From the IMG/VR virus record IMGVR_UViG_3300046694_000291, positions 1 to 64,000 of that record: a stretch of 64,000 bases of DNA; one strand, given 5' to 3'. A model generated the notes under the pieces. That model had not been told where the DNA came from, searched no databases, and worked only from the letters and a program-made list of their open reading frames with translations. Shown here one piece after another: positions 23,927 through 32,035 of the stretch (positions are counted from its first letter, which is position 1; each line of letters begins with the position of its first letter). The translations under genes and the position numbers were made by a program. The stretch is from a virus.

Positions 23927-26740
23927 TCAGGCACCTTTTTCCACCAGGCTGGCCAGCCTGGACTGCATGATCTGGACCAGCTTGTCGACCTCGGCCTTGG
24001 GGGTGCGGGCCGCGACCGCCTCCTTCCACACGGCCGAGGCCGCCTGCTGGGTGGTGACGATGCGTGCCTTGTCCTCCAGGGTCACCGGCCGGGACGCGAC
24101 CACAGTCGAGACACGGGAGGCGGGCTCCTCCCCGTCATGGTCCCCGCCGACCGGCGCCCGGCGCACGACCTGAGCCGCGCTCTCCTCCACGTCCGCCACG
24201 CTCAGCGGGGTGGCCAGGCCACCGAGCTTGCGGGTGGCGCGGACCTGGCCGCACAGCACCGCCGCCGCCCACCCGGCGTCCAGGTCGATGGCATACAGGG
24301 TGGCGAGGTCGTCCTCGGGCTTGCGGTCGACCGGCAGGTGCGGCACGAGCGCGACGTCCGTACGCACCTTGAGCAGGACGTCCGGGTTGTCGGGCAGGGT
24401 CGGCTTGCCCCAGGTGCCGGTCTCCCAGCTCCACACACCCGAGGTGTTGAGGCCCTGGGCGTAGATGGCGAGCTGGATGCAGATCTCCACCCAGCCGTAG
24501 CTCAGGTCCGCGCCCGTCTTGACGTCGCCGATCACGTACTCACCGGCGTACAGGGTGACGGTCCGCTTGTTGAGCGTGAAGGTGATGTCCCGCGTCACCC
24601 GGTAGCAGCGGTCCGAGGTGCCCGCGATCTCGTACTGGACGACGCCGGTGGTGAACTCGATCAGTCCCGGGACGGGCTCCAGCCCGAAGTCGCGCAGCAG
24701 CAGCTCGTACGCGTCCACGGTCGGCCGCAGCTTGTCCGGGATGACCTTGGCCTTGACCGGCTGGCCGACCAGGGCCTTGTCCCGGTCCTCGGTGAAGGCG
24801 TGGACGGCCGTGCCGAGGTTGGCCGCGACCTTGTTGCCCGCTGCCTTCTTCGCGTCCTCGACGAGGGTGTTGACCTTGTCCTTGTCCTCCTTGACGTCCA
24901 GGGTGGACACGGCGGCCACGATGTCCGGCCGCAGGGCCGCGCCCTTGAGCGTCATCCGCTGCGCCCACTGGGACAGCGCGAACGTGTCCTGGATGGACTT
25001 GGCGTAGGTGGTGGCGCGGGTCCAGTTGACCGCCTTGCCGGTGACGGGGTGCAGGAGCTTGTACCGGCCGTAGCGGTCGTACTTGTCGGACTCGCTGGTG
25101 GCCTGCTTGGCGGTGCTGAAGGCGTCGGCCACCTCAGTCCTCTTCCGCGCACTCGGAGTGGATGAAGCCGCCCTCGCCGTCGGCCCGGATGAGGTCGCCC
25201 TCTTGGATCCGGCCTCCTTCGGCGCAGTCGTCGGCGTCGCAGTCGGAGTCGTAGGTGGCGTAGAACTCGGGGCCGAGCTGCGGTCCGGTGTCCCCGGAAC
25301 CGAGAGCGAAGGGGTTGGGGACTGCTGCGGGCCGGGGCTGCTCGGCGAGGTGCCGCCGGTAGCGCGGTCCCGCCGGGGGCGCGGCGTTCCGTTCAGATCC
25401 GTGCATGTGATCTCCTCACTCAGGTCGGTCAGCTCACCGGTACGGCCAGCATGGGCCCCGGCACTGACAACCATGACTTGGACGCAGAAGTCGGTGACGG
25501 CCTGCACCCGGTAGACGAGCTGGTTGAGCGGCGGCCGGGCGGTGTGCCGGACGAAGAGCATGCCCTCAGCCAGGTTGCCGAGGCGGTCCTGGTAGCTGAG
25601 CTGAGGACGGCAGAACTGAGCCGTCTCGTCTGGACCGTGAGCACGGCAACCCACTCCGACCGAACAGCCCCAGACGACGTGCTTCACCGAACCGTCCGGC
25701 TCGAACCGGTCGGCCAGTGGGGTCACCTCGTGCCCGCAGTCCCAGCACTCCGGGTTGAGCGCGGCAGTGCGCTGGACGTCCTCGGGCATCTTCTCCAGGA
25801 TGTCCGGCGGGCAGTGCCAGTCGACCGGGCCGGGCTCGGGCTCGTCGGCTCCGCAGATCATGCACACGCTGCCGCTGTGTCCATTGCCGTCGTCCCCGTA
25901 GGTGAAGCCACCGGGGTGGGTGCAGCAGCCCGGGAGACGGCAGTCTCCGGCCTCTCCGGGGTGGATCTCGGGGCCGAGGTCGGTCGTGAGGACGTGCGTG
26001 GGGTCGAACAGGGCCGCGTCGCTCTGGCTCCGCAGTTCGTCCCGGTCGGCGTCCCGCATCTCCATGGCAGCGGCGGCACTGGAGGCGAGACGGTACTCGC
26101 CTTCTGCCTTGGCCAGGTCGGTCAGGTCGGCCCGGTTCAGCATCCGGAGCCGGGACTCGGCCAGGCCGTCCCGGAGGGCCTGGTCATAGTCGGCGTCCTC
26201 CTCGTTCCGGATACGCTCGACCTCGGCGATGGCGATGTCGGCCTCGTGCCGGTGAGGGTCCGGCTGCCGGTCGTGCGGCAGGCCGACGTCCTCCACGCGT
26301 CGGGTGGCCGGGGTGCCGGAGGGCCAGTGCAGTCCACGGGCGTCGGCCTGCTCCGGGGTCAGCAGCGCGCGCATCCAGTCCTCCTCGGACCACTCCGCCG
26401 TGTCGGCCCGGTATCCGTCCGGCCCGACCGCGATCGGGAAGGCGCTGCCGCCTTCGGCACACGGCTCACCGTGCGGGGTGAGGTGGCTGCGGGCGCGGTG
26501 GTTCGAGGTGAGCTGGACCTGGTGACCGCAGCCGGTCGGTCCGCTCGGCACCCGGCACAGGAACCGGACGTCCCCGGCGAGCTGTGCCTTGGCGCCCTCC
26601 GGGGGCTGGCCGACGCCCCGGCACTTCCGACTGTCCGGGGACTCGTGGCACTCCGGGTCGGTAGCCAGGTGGTACCTGACGGTGCCATCGGCGTTGACGT
26701 TGTACTCGTTCTTGCAGCAAGGGCAGTTACCGCGTGCCAT
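23927..26740 (-). CDS. large protein: N-terminal Cys/His motifs, C-terminal PD-(D/E)XK (Cas4/RecB-like) exonuclease
   Basis: GTAVH, AGTSDR, IGDVKTG, QLAIYA; probable internal GTG start at 25132. Confidence 0.75.
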   Translation of the reverse strand: MARGNCPCCKNEYNVNADGTVRYHLATDPECHESPDSRKCRGVGQPPEGAKAQLAGDVRFLCRVPSGPTGCGHQVQLTSNHRARSHLTPHGEPCAEGGSAFPIAVGPDGYRADTAEWSEEDWMRALLTPEQADARGLHWPSGTPATRRVEDVGLPHDRQPDPHRHEADIAIAEVERIRNEEDADYDQALRDGLAESRLRMLNRADLTDLAKAEGEYRLASSAAAAMEMRDADRDELRSQSDAALFDPTHVLTTDLGPEIHPGEAGDCRLPGCCTHPGGFTYGDDGNGHSGSVCMICGADEPEPGPVDWHCPPDILEKMPEDVQRTAALNPECWDCGHEVTPLADRFEPDGSVKHVVWGCSVGVGCRAHGPDETAQFCRPQLSYQDRLGNLAEGMLFVRHTARPPLNQLVYRVQAVTDFCVQVMVVSAGAHAGRTGELTDLSEEITCTDLNGTPRPRRDRATGGTSPSSPGPQQSPTPSLSVPGTPDRSSAPSSTPPTTPTATPTTAPKEAGSKRATSSGPTARAASSTPSARKRTEVADAFSTAKQATSESDKYDRYGRYKLLHPVTGKAVNWTRATTYAKSIQDTFALSQWAQRMTLKGAALRPDIVAAVSTLDVKEDKDKVNTLVEDAKKAAGNKVAANLGTAVHAFTEDRDKALVGQPVKAKVIPDKLRPTVDAYELLLRDFGLEPVPGLIEFTTGVVQYEIAGTSDRCYRVTRDITFTLNKRTVTLYAGEYVIGDVKTGADLSYGWVEICIQLAIYAQGLNTSGVWSWETGTWGKPTLPDNPDVLLKVRTDVALVPHLPVDRKPEDDLATLYAIDLDAGWAAAVLCGQVRATRKLGGLATPLSVADVEESAAQVVRRAPVGGDHDGEEPASRVSTVVASRPVTLEDKARIVTTQQAASAVWKEAVAARTPKAEVDKLVQIMQSRLASLVEKGA
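25134..25406 (-). CDS. overlapping small Cys/His protein in an alternate frame
   Basis: GAGGAG RBS, GC-rich third positions, FYATYDSDC...C...IQEGDLIRADGEGGFIHSEC. Confidence 0.7.
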   Translation of the reverse strand: MHGSERNAAPPAGPRYRRHLAEQPRPAAVPNPFALGSGDTGPQLGPEFYATYDSDCDADDCAEGGRIQEGDLIRADGEGGFIHSECAEED

Positions 26741-27071
26741 CGTTCTTCGTCCTGTCCTCGAAGGGGTTCTCGGGCTCGGGCACCGGAGCACCGCACCGGC
26801 GGCACGTGTCCCGGGGCTCGTCCCAGATGCTCTTGAAGGTGTGCCCCTCGGTCCAGCACTCCTTCAGCTCCCTGAGCGCCTGCTGGGCCACCTGCCGCCC
26901 GGCCTGGTACGCACGGGCGTCCAGCTCCGGGGTCTCGTAGTCGTCCAGGTCGTGCGCCGCGAGGTCCAGCGCCCCGAGGGCCTGGGCGATCTCCTCGCGC
27001 ACGATGGCCCGGATGCGGACCGCCTCGGCCTCCTGTGCCAGAGCCTGCACGTTGTCGTCGTTCAGCCTCAT
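26727..27071 (-). CDS. hypothetical protein
   Basis: Start motif GACCAAGGAAGAAGGA; C-terminal CRRCG. Confidence 0.65.
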   Translation of the reverse strand: MRLNDDNVQALAQEAEAVRIRAIVREEIAQALGALDLAAHDLDDYETPELDARAYQAGRQVAQQALRELKECWTEGHTFKSIWDEPRDTCRRCGAPVPEPENPFEDRTKNDGTR

Positions 27072-27113
27072 GTTCCTTCTTCCTTGGTCCAGTTGAGTGA
27101 GGACCTACCCTGG

Positions 27114-28808
27114 TTACTGCTTGACGAACCGGTCGACCCGGCGGCTCGCCAGACCGACGGAGATCAGGTCGCCGACCTCTCCGGCGCGCATACTCTCGGT
27201 GATCTTCTGGTGGAGGTTGGTGGCGTAGCGGATCTGCGCCTCGGAGGCGGGCTTGCGGCGCCAGGAGGCGTTCTTGCCGGTGTTGATGGCGGAGCGCTCG
27301 TCGGCCTCCGACTCACCCCAGGCCATCGCCATGCCGAGGTCAAGGCAGGTGTGCAGCCGCTGCCAGGGCTTCTTGTCCTCGGGCACGTGGACGACGTCCC
27401 ACAGGCCCTCCTGGTCCACGCACGGCCAGAGCAGGAGAAGACCGTTGCCCCCGAGGGGGATGAACTGCACGCCCTTGTCGGTGCGGAGCCACTGGTACGC
27501 GGCCGAGGCACCGAACAGGTCGAGGTCCTTGTGCTTCAGCTCGAACCGGACCGACCCGGCGGGCGCCTTGGCCTCCTTGCGCTCCTCCTCCCGCTCGTAC
27601 GCCTCGGCCAGCGACTCGCCGTCCCTGACGCTGGGCACCTCGTCGGGGTCCAGGTCGACCAGGGTGGAGATCCGGCCGCCGCCGTCGGACATGATGAGCA
27701 CCAGCGCGTCGGACTTGCCGGTCACCCGGCTCGGCCGCAGCACCCGCCCGACCATCTGGACGAACAGGGCCTGGTTCGAGGTCGGCCGGGCGATGACCGC
27801 GCAGTCCGCGAACGGGAAGTCGGCCCCCTCGGTCAGCACCATGCAGTTGACAATCACCCGGACCCGGCCGGTGCGGAACTGCTCGTAGGTGTGCAGCCGC
27901 TCCTCCCTCGGGGTGTGCCCAGCCACGACCTCTGTAGGGACTCCCGAGTGCACCAGGTGGTCGGCCGTCTCGTGCGCCATCGCCACCGTCGGCACGAACA
28001 CCAGCACCGAGCGCCGGTCGCGCGCCTGCGTCTGGAGCACCTGCCGGATGATCTCCGGCGCCCCTGCCGCCTGCATGGCCTCGCCGAGGGACTTGGCCTG
28101 GTAGTCCCCGCCGGAGCGCTTGACCGACTTCAGGTCCAGGTCGGCCATCTCGATCTGCCGGGCCCGGACGTCGACCAGGTACCCGTCGGCGATCATCTTG
28201 AGGATCGAGCGGGTGAAGACGACGTCCTCCCACACACCGCCAAGACCGCGTCCGTCGCCCCGGGCGAGCGTGGCCGTGAAGCCGACCGCGTGCCGGTTGG
28301 GCGCGCCGCTGTAGCAGCCCAGCGCCGCCATGATGTTCCGGTAGCTGACCGCCACGGCGTGATGGCACTCGTCGACGATCGTGAGCCCGATGGCCCCGGC
28401 GTACGACTGCGCGTCCAGCAGCTCCTGAGCGCGCTTCTCCCGCGCCAGGGTCTGCACCGAGCACACCATCACGTCGGCGAACAGGTCGTTGTCGGCCGCC
28501 TTGACCTTGCCGAGGGACAGGTGCGGGGCGATGACGCGGAGCTTGGCGAGGGTCTGGTCGGCCAGTTCGTCCCGGTGCACCAGGATGACCACCCGGCCGC
28601 CCTTGATCCGGCGGCCGTCGACCACGGACCGGGTCCACTCCATGTACTGACTCGCCAGGTGGCTGAAGACGACCGTCTTGCCCGAGCCGGTGGGCAGCAC
28701 GACCGCCGGGCGCTGCATGCCCTCGGTCCAGGAGGAGAACACGGCCGTGATCGCCTGCTCCTGGTAGGGCCGCAGCCGGAGCATGTCCTTGGGTGCGGTG
28801 GTGGTCAC
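27114..28808 (-). CDS. superfamily 2 DEAH-type helicase
   Basis: LRPYQ, PTGSGKT, DECHH, TAT, LTEGAD, QMVGRVLR. Confidence 0.93.
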   Translation of the reverse strand: MTTTAPKDMLRLRPYQEQAITAVFSSWTEGMQRPAVVLPTGSGKTVVFSHLASQYMEWTRSVVDGRRIKGGRVVILVHRDELADQTLAKLRVIAPHLSLGKVKAADNDLFADVMVCSVQTLAREKRAQELLDAQSYAGAIGLTIVDECHHAVAVSYRNIMAALGCYSGAPNRHAVGFTATLARGDGRGLGGVWEDVVFTRSILKMIADGYLVDVRARQIEMADLDLKSVKRSGGDYQAKSLGEAMQAAGAPEIIRQVLQTQARDRRSVLVFVPTVAMAHETADHLVHSGVPTEVVAGHTPREERLHTYEQFRTGRVRVIVNCMVLTEGADFPFADCAVIARPTSNQALFVQMVGRVLRPSRVTGKSDALVLIMSDGGGRISTLVDLDPDEVPSVRDGESLAEAYEREEERKEAKAPAGSVRFELKHKDLDLFGASAAYQWLRTDKGVQFIPLGGNGLLLLWPCVDQEGLWDVVHVPEDKKPWQRLHTCLDLGMAMAWGESEADERSAINTGKNASWRRKPASEAQIRYATNLHQKITESMRAGEVGDLISVGLASRRVDRFVKQ

Positions 28809-29248
28809 TGCTCGTCTCCTGACTCGGGAGCACGCCGGTGGTTGCCTGCCTTCAAAGCAGCTAGCCGGTTCGCTGTCCGCTCACCCACGCCGTCCCGGGC
28901 GTAGTGCCCGGACTCGAACCAGCCGCAGGAGCAGCGCACGAACCAGTCCCCGCCCGGCTGGTCCGGGTCGGGGTCCGTGCCGTGCTCGGTGATGTGCCGG
29001 GGGTTCTGCTGCTCCTCGGTGAAGGGGTGGAGGTCGATCGTACGGGCCGAGTCGGCCGGGACGGACAGGTGCGGCAGGCGTCCCGAGGGGTGCCGGTCCA
29101 TGGCCTGCTGGAGGGGGTCGGGCCGGACAGGAAGATCTGCCGGGGCCCGGAACGCCTCCAGGAGCAGGGCACGGCACTTGGGGCAGTCGGTCTCCAGGCC
29201 GAGACGGTCCTCACCGTCCAGGCAGGTGTGCCGGAAGATCATGTCCAT
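28805..29248 (-). CDS. hypothetical protein
   Basis: CPKC and CSCGW motifs. Confidence 0.55.
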   Translation of the reverse strand: MDMIFRHTCLDGEDRLGLETDCPKCRALLLEAFRAPADLPVRPDPLQQAMDRHPSGRLPHLSVPADSARTIDLHPFTEEQQNPRHITEHGTDPDPDQPGGDWFVRCSCGWFESGHYARDGVGERTANRLAALKAGNHRRAPESGDEQ

Positions 29249-29628
29249 TCCTCCTCGGGCAGCTCATCGACGAAGGTGACCCCGAGCGCCTGGGCAACAG
29301 CGTCCCTCATGTACCACCAGGGCTGCTCCGCGTTGCCGTCCCGGTCCTTCTCCAGCTCCAGCCGGTTCAGGTCCCGCAGCAGCTCCACCACAGGCGGCTC
29401 GGGCACCCGGCCCCAGCCGAGCCAGTTCTTGAGGTAGACGGCGAAGTACGACACGGTCCCGATCAGGAAGCCGAACTGGAGCGTGCCGATGGCGTAGAAG
29501 GCCCACAGCGCCTGAGTGGTCATGGACAGGACCCACCCCCAGCGCTTCTTGAGGCCGACCACGTACATGCCGAGCAGGCCGAACGGCGCCAGGCACCAGC
29601 TTCCGTAATGGATCAGCCAGTCAGCCAT
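29239..29628 (-). CDS. PnuC-like small membrane protein
   Basis: KKRWGW...QALW..YAI...YLKNWLGW three-TM pattern. Confidence 0.6.
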   Translation of the reverse strand: MADWLIHYGSWCLAPFGLLGMYVVGLKKRWGWVLSMTTQALWAFYAIGTLQFGFLIGTVSYFAVYLKNWLGWGRVPEPPVVELLRDLNRLELEKDRDGNAEQPWWYMRDAVAQALGVTFVDELPEEEWT

Positions 29629-29824
29629 GGTCCATGTCCTCCGTACGCACGACGACGTCGGACCCCGGTTCCTCGGCCAGCCTCTGGAGGATCTCGGCGA
29701 CCGCCTCGTAGCCCCGGTACTCGATCGCCCGGCGGAGCCGGAGCGCGGCCCGGTACAGGCGCCAGGCCTGCCACAGGGACAGCCCGCCGGAGGGGAAGAC
29801 GTGGATGCGGATGCGCTGTTTCAC
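29621..29824 (-). CDS. hypothetical protein
   Basis: Coupled small ORF. Confidence 0.45.
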   Translation of the reverse strand: MKQRIRIHVFPSGGLSLWQAWRLYRAALRLRRAIEYRGYEAVAEILQRLAEEPGSDVVVRTEDMDHG

Positions 29825-30165
29825 GTCAGGCCCCCGATCAGGTCCGTGAGCGCGCTCAGGTGCATCTCGAACACCGCGCGCTCGGTGTAGGTCATGGACG
29901 CGATGATCCCCCGGGCCCGGTCGGGGTCACTGTTCATGACCGCCCACAAGGCGTTCGTCTCGTCGAAAGCGGTGACCTTGGGGACGACGGCCGACGGGGC
30001 CGGGTCGCGCTTGAGCAGCCGGTCCGCCTCGAACAGGCGCTCCGGATCCGTCCGGGACGGATCGGTGTGGTTCACATAGATGTGCCTGATGAACGCGTCC
30101 CAGCCCGTGATCGGCTCACAGACGTCCGGGGTGACGGGGCACTGACGGGTCTTCATGGTCTTCAC
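29821..30165 (-). CDS. hypothetical protein (C2H2-like N-terminus)
   Basis: CPVTPDVC...HIYVNH. Confidence 0.5.
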   Translation of the reverse strand: MKTMKTRQCPVTPDVCEPITGWDAFIRHIYVNHTDPSRTDPERLFEADRLLKRDPAPSAVVPKVTAFDETNALWAVMNSDPDRARGIIASMTYTERAVFEMHLSALTDLIGGLT

Positions 30166-30413
30166 GATCCGTACCTCCGCAGTTCCTCGATCACCTCGGG
30201 GCTGATCTCGATCTCCCGGTACATGCGCTCCTGGAGGGCCGCCTGCTCCGGGGTCATCGGCAGGTGCGGCCGGATGCCGTCGATCGTGTGACTGGCCTCG
30301 GCCGTGTCGTGCATCCGGTGCAGGTCGACGGCGATGTCCGGGTCGTGGTCCTCGATCTCGTCCGAGCCGAGCAGGTTGAGCCACCCGGCATAGACGGCGT
30401 CCTCGCCGGTCAC
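30162..30413 (-). CDS. hypothetical protein
   Basis: GTGA overlap with upstream gene. Confidence 0.5.
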   Translation of the reverse strand: MTGEDAVYAGWLNLLGSDEIEDHDPDIAVDLHRMHDTAEASHTIDGIRPHLPMTPEQAALQERMYREIEISPEVIEELRRYGS

Positions 30414-30595
30414 AGCGACCACGACCCACGCCGGTCCTCGGTCAGGCTGACGAGCTGGAGCGCTACGTTGCGCAGCCGGGCGATCTGCTTCTCGCTCAGG
30501 GCGGCCAGGGCCTGACGGACCTCGGTCTCCCCGCCGGTCAACGCGGCCCTGAGCAGGTTGAGGTACGGGTTCAGGTACCCCTCGGACTGGGGCAT
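30410..30595 (-). CDS. hypothetical protein
   Basis: AAGGAG RBS; last leftward gene before the strand switch. Confidence 0.55.
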   Translation of the reverse strand: MPQSEGYLNPYLNLLRAALTGGETEVRQALAALSEKQIARLRNVALQLVSLTEDRRGSWSL

Positions 30596-30709
30596 GGGGT
30601 GCTCCTTCTTCCGGGATCGGTGGTCTGTACCCGCAGCGTACCCTTACGTGTGCCGATGCACACATCCGGGTATGCCCGGGTAACCATGATTATCGCTGAG
30701 GAGGCGAGC

Positions 30710-30934
30710 ATGCCGAAGGAAGACGACTTCATCACCGTGGCGGGGGCGGCCCGGCTGGCCGGGGAGATCCGCCGCACCCCGGTGAGCCAGGGCACCATCC
30801 GCCGCTGGATGGACGACCCGGCGGTCAAGGTCCAGAAGTACCGGGACGGCTCGGGCCGCGTCTGGGTCGACCGCGAGGACATCATCAAGCACTGCACCCC
30901 GCAGCCGGTGCCGGTGACCGGAGCCGGGTCGTGA
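30710..30934 (+). CDS. MerR/excisionase-like HTH protein
   Basis: ITVAGAARLAG...VSQGTIRRW...GRVWVDRED. Confidence 0.72.
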   Translation: MPKEDDFITVAGAARLAGEIRRTPVSQGTIRRWMDDPAVKVQKYRDGSGRVWVDREDIIKHCTPQPVPVTGAGS

Positions 30935-31230
30935 GGGAGTACCAGATCCGGATGACCGTCCGGACCAACGAGAACGACGTCCCCGGGGCCGACACCTACT
31001 TCGGCGACCAGGAGATGCCCCAGCGGCTGGCCGAGTGGTTCGCCTCGGCGCTGTTCGACCAGGACGACTCGCCGTACATCGTCTGGTCGGAGATCACGCT
31101 GCGGCCGACCGTGGCCGACCACACGCACGAGTTCAAGCTGCCGGTCAGGGGCGAGGACACGTGCGCTGCGTTCCCCGGCTGCACGGTGACCTGGAACCAG
31201 GAGCGGGCACGACAGGCGGCCCAGTCATGA
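30931..31230 (+). CDS. hypothetical protein
   Basis: Coupled ORF. Confidence 0.55.
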   Translation: MREYQIRMTVRTNENDVPGADTYFGDQEMPQRLAEWFASALFDQDDSPYIVWSEITLRPTVADHTHEFKLPVRGEDTCAAFPGCTVTWNQERARQAAQS

Positions 31231-31724
31231 CCAATCCCCGCATCCCGGCGATCGAGACCCGGGCGTACGGCTGCCGGTTCCGGTCCCGGCTGGAGGCACG
31301 CTGGGCGATCTTCCTGACCGAGGCGGGGTTCGACTGGGAGTACGAGCCCGAGGGCGCGCAGCTCGACGCGGGCCGGTACCTGTGCGACTTCCGGGTCAAG
31401 GGACCGAACGGGGTCCAGGTCTGGCTGGAGGTGAAGCCGCCGGTCGACACGGAGGACGATCCGCGCTGGGCGGAGCTGGCTGCCCGGTCGGGCATGATGC
31501 TCTTCACCGTCCGGGGGATGCACCGGCGGGGCGACCGGTGCGAGAGCGCGCACTCGTGCCGGGTGTGGCTGCCGGACGGCCAGGTGGCCGACGTGCACAG
31601 GCTGTGGCAGGGCACGGCGTACGAGCAGGCATGGGACAGGGCCTCGGAGGCCCGGTTCGACGGCACAGACGGGCTGAAGCACAAGCCGGGACGTGGGCCC
31701 CGGCGCCGCAGTCGCAGGAAGTAG
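31227..31724 (+). CDS. PD-(D/E)XK endonuclease
   Basis: FRSRLEARWA...WEYEPE...YLCDF...WLEVKP. Confidence 0.8.
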   Translation: MTNPRIPAIETRAYGCRFRSRLEARWAIFLTEAGFDWEYEPEGAQLDAGRYLCDFRVKGPNGVQVWLEVKPPVDTEDDPRWAELAARSGMMLFTVRGMHRRGDRCESAHSCRVWLPDGQVADVHRLWQGTAYEQAWDRASEARFDGTDGLKHKPGRGPRRRSRRK

Positions 31725-31735
31725 GGAGACAGACG

Positions 31736-32035
31736 ATGGACTGGAGTGAGCGACTGCTCACCGTGGTCGGACCGGGGGCTTCTGTGAGCGGTCTGGAGAC
31801 AGACCCCTTCACCGGAGCGGGGCTGACGATCTCTGTTCCCGAGCACTTTCCTGACAAGGACGAGGTGCTCTCGATCGCCCCGAATCACCCGTGCAGGCAT
31901 GGCGAAGGTACGGGCTGTGACTGTGTCTGGTGCCATGCCTGCTGGAAGTGGAGCCGGGACAACGGTGCGGTGGATGAGAACGGTTGGCACTACCTGAGCT
32001 GTATGCACCGGACAGGGTGGAGGAGCGAACCGTGA
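31736..32035 (+). CDS. hypothetical Cys-rich protein
   Basis: CDCVWCHAC. Confidence 0.5.
   Translation: MDWSERLLTVVGPGASVSGLETDPFTGAGLTISVPEHFPDKDEVLSIAPNHPCRHGEGTGCDCVWCHACWKWSRDNGAVDENGWHYLSCMHRTGWRSEP

Noticed and set aside
23927-25132. Cas4-like nuclease as evidence for a CRISPR system
   Set aside because: Stand-alone PD-(D/E)XK exonucleases beside helicase and RuvC are ordinary phage recombination genes
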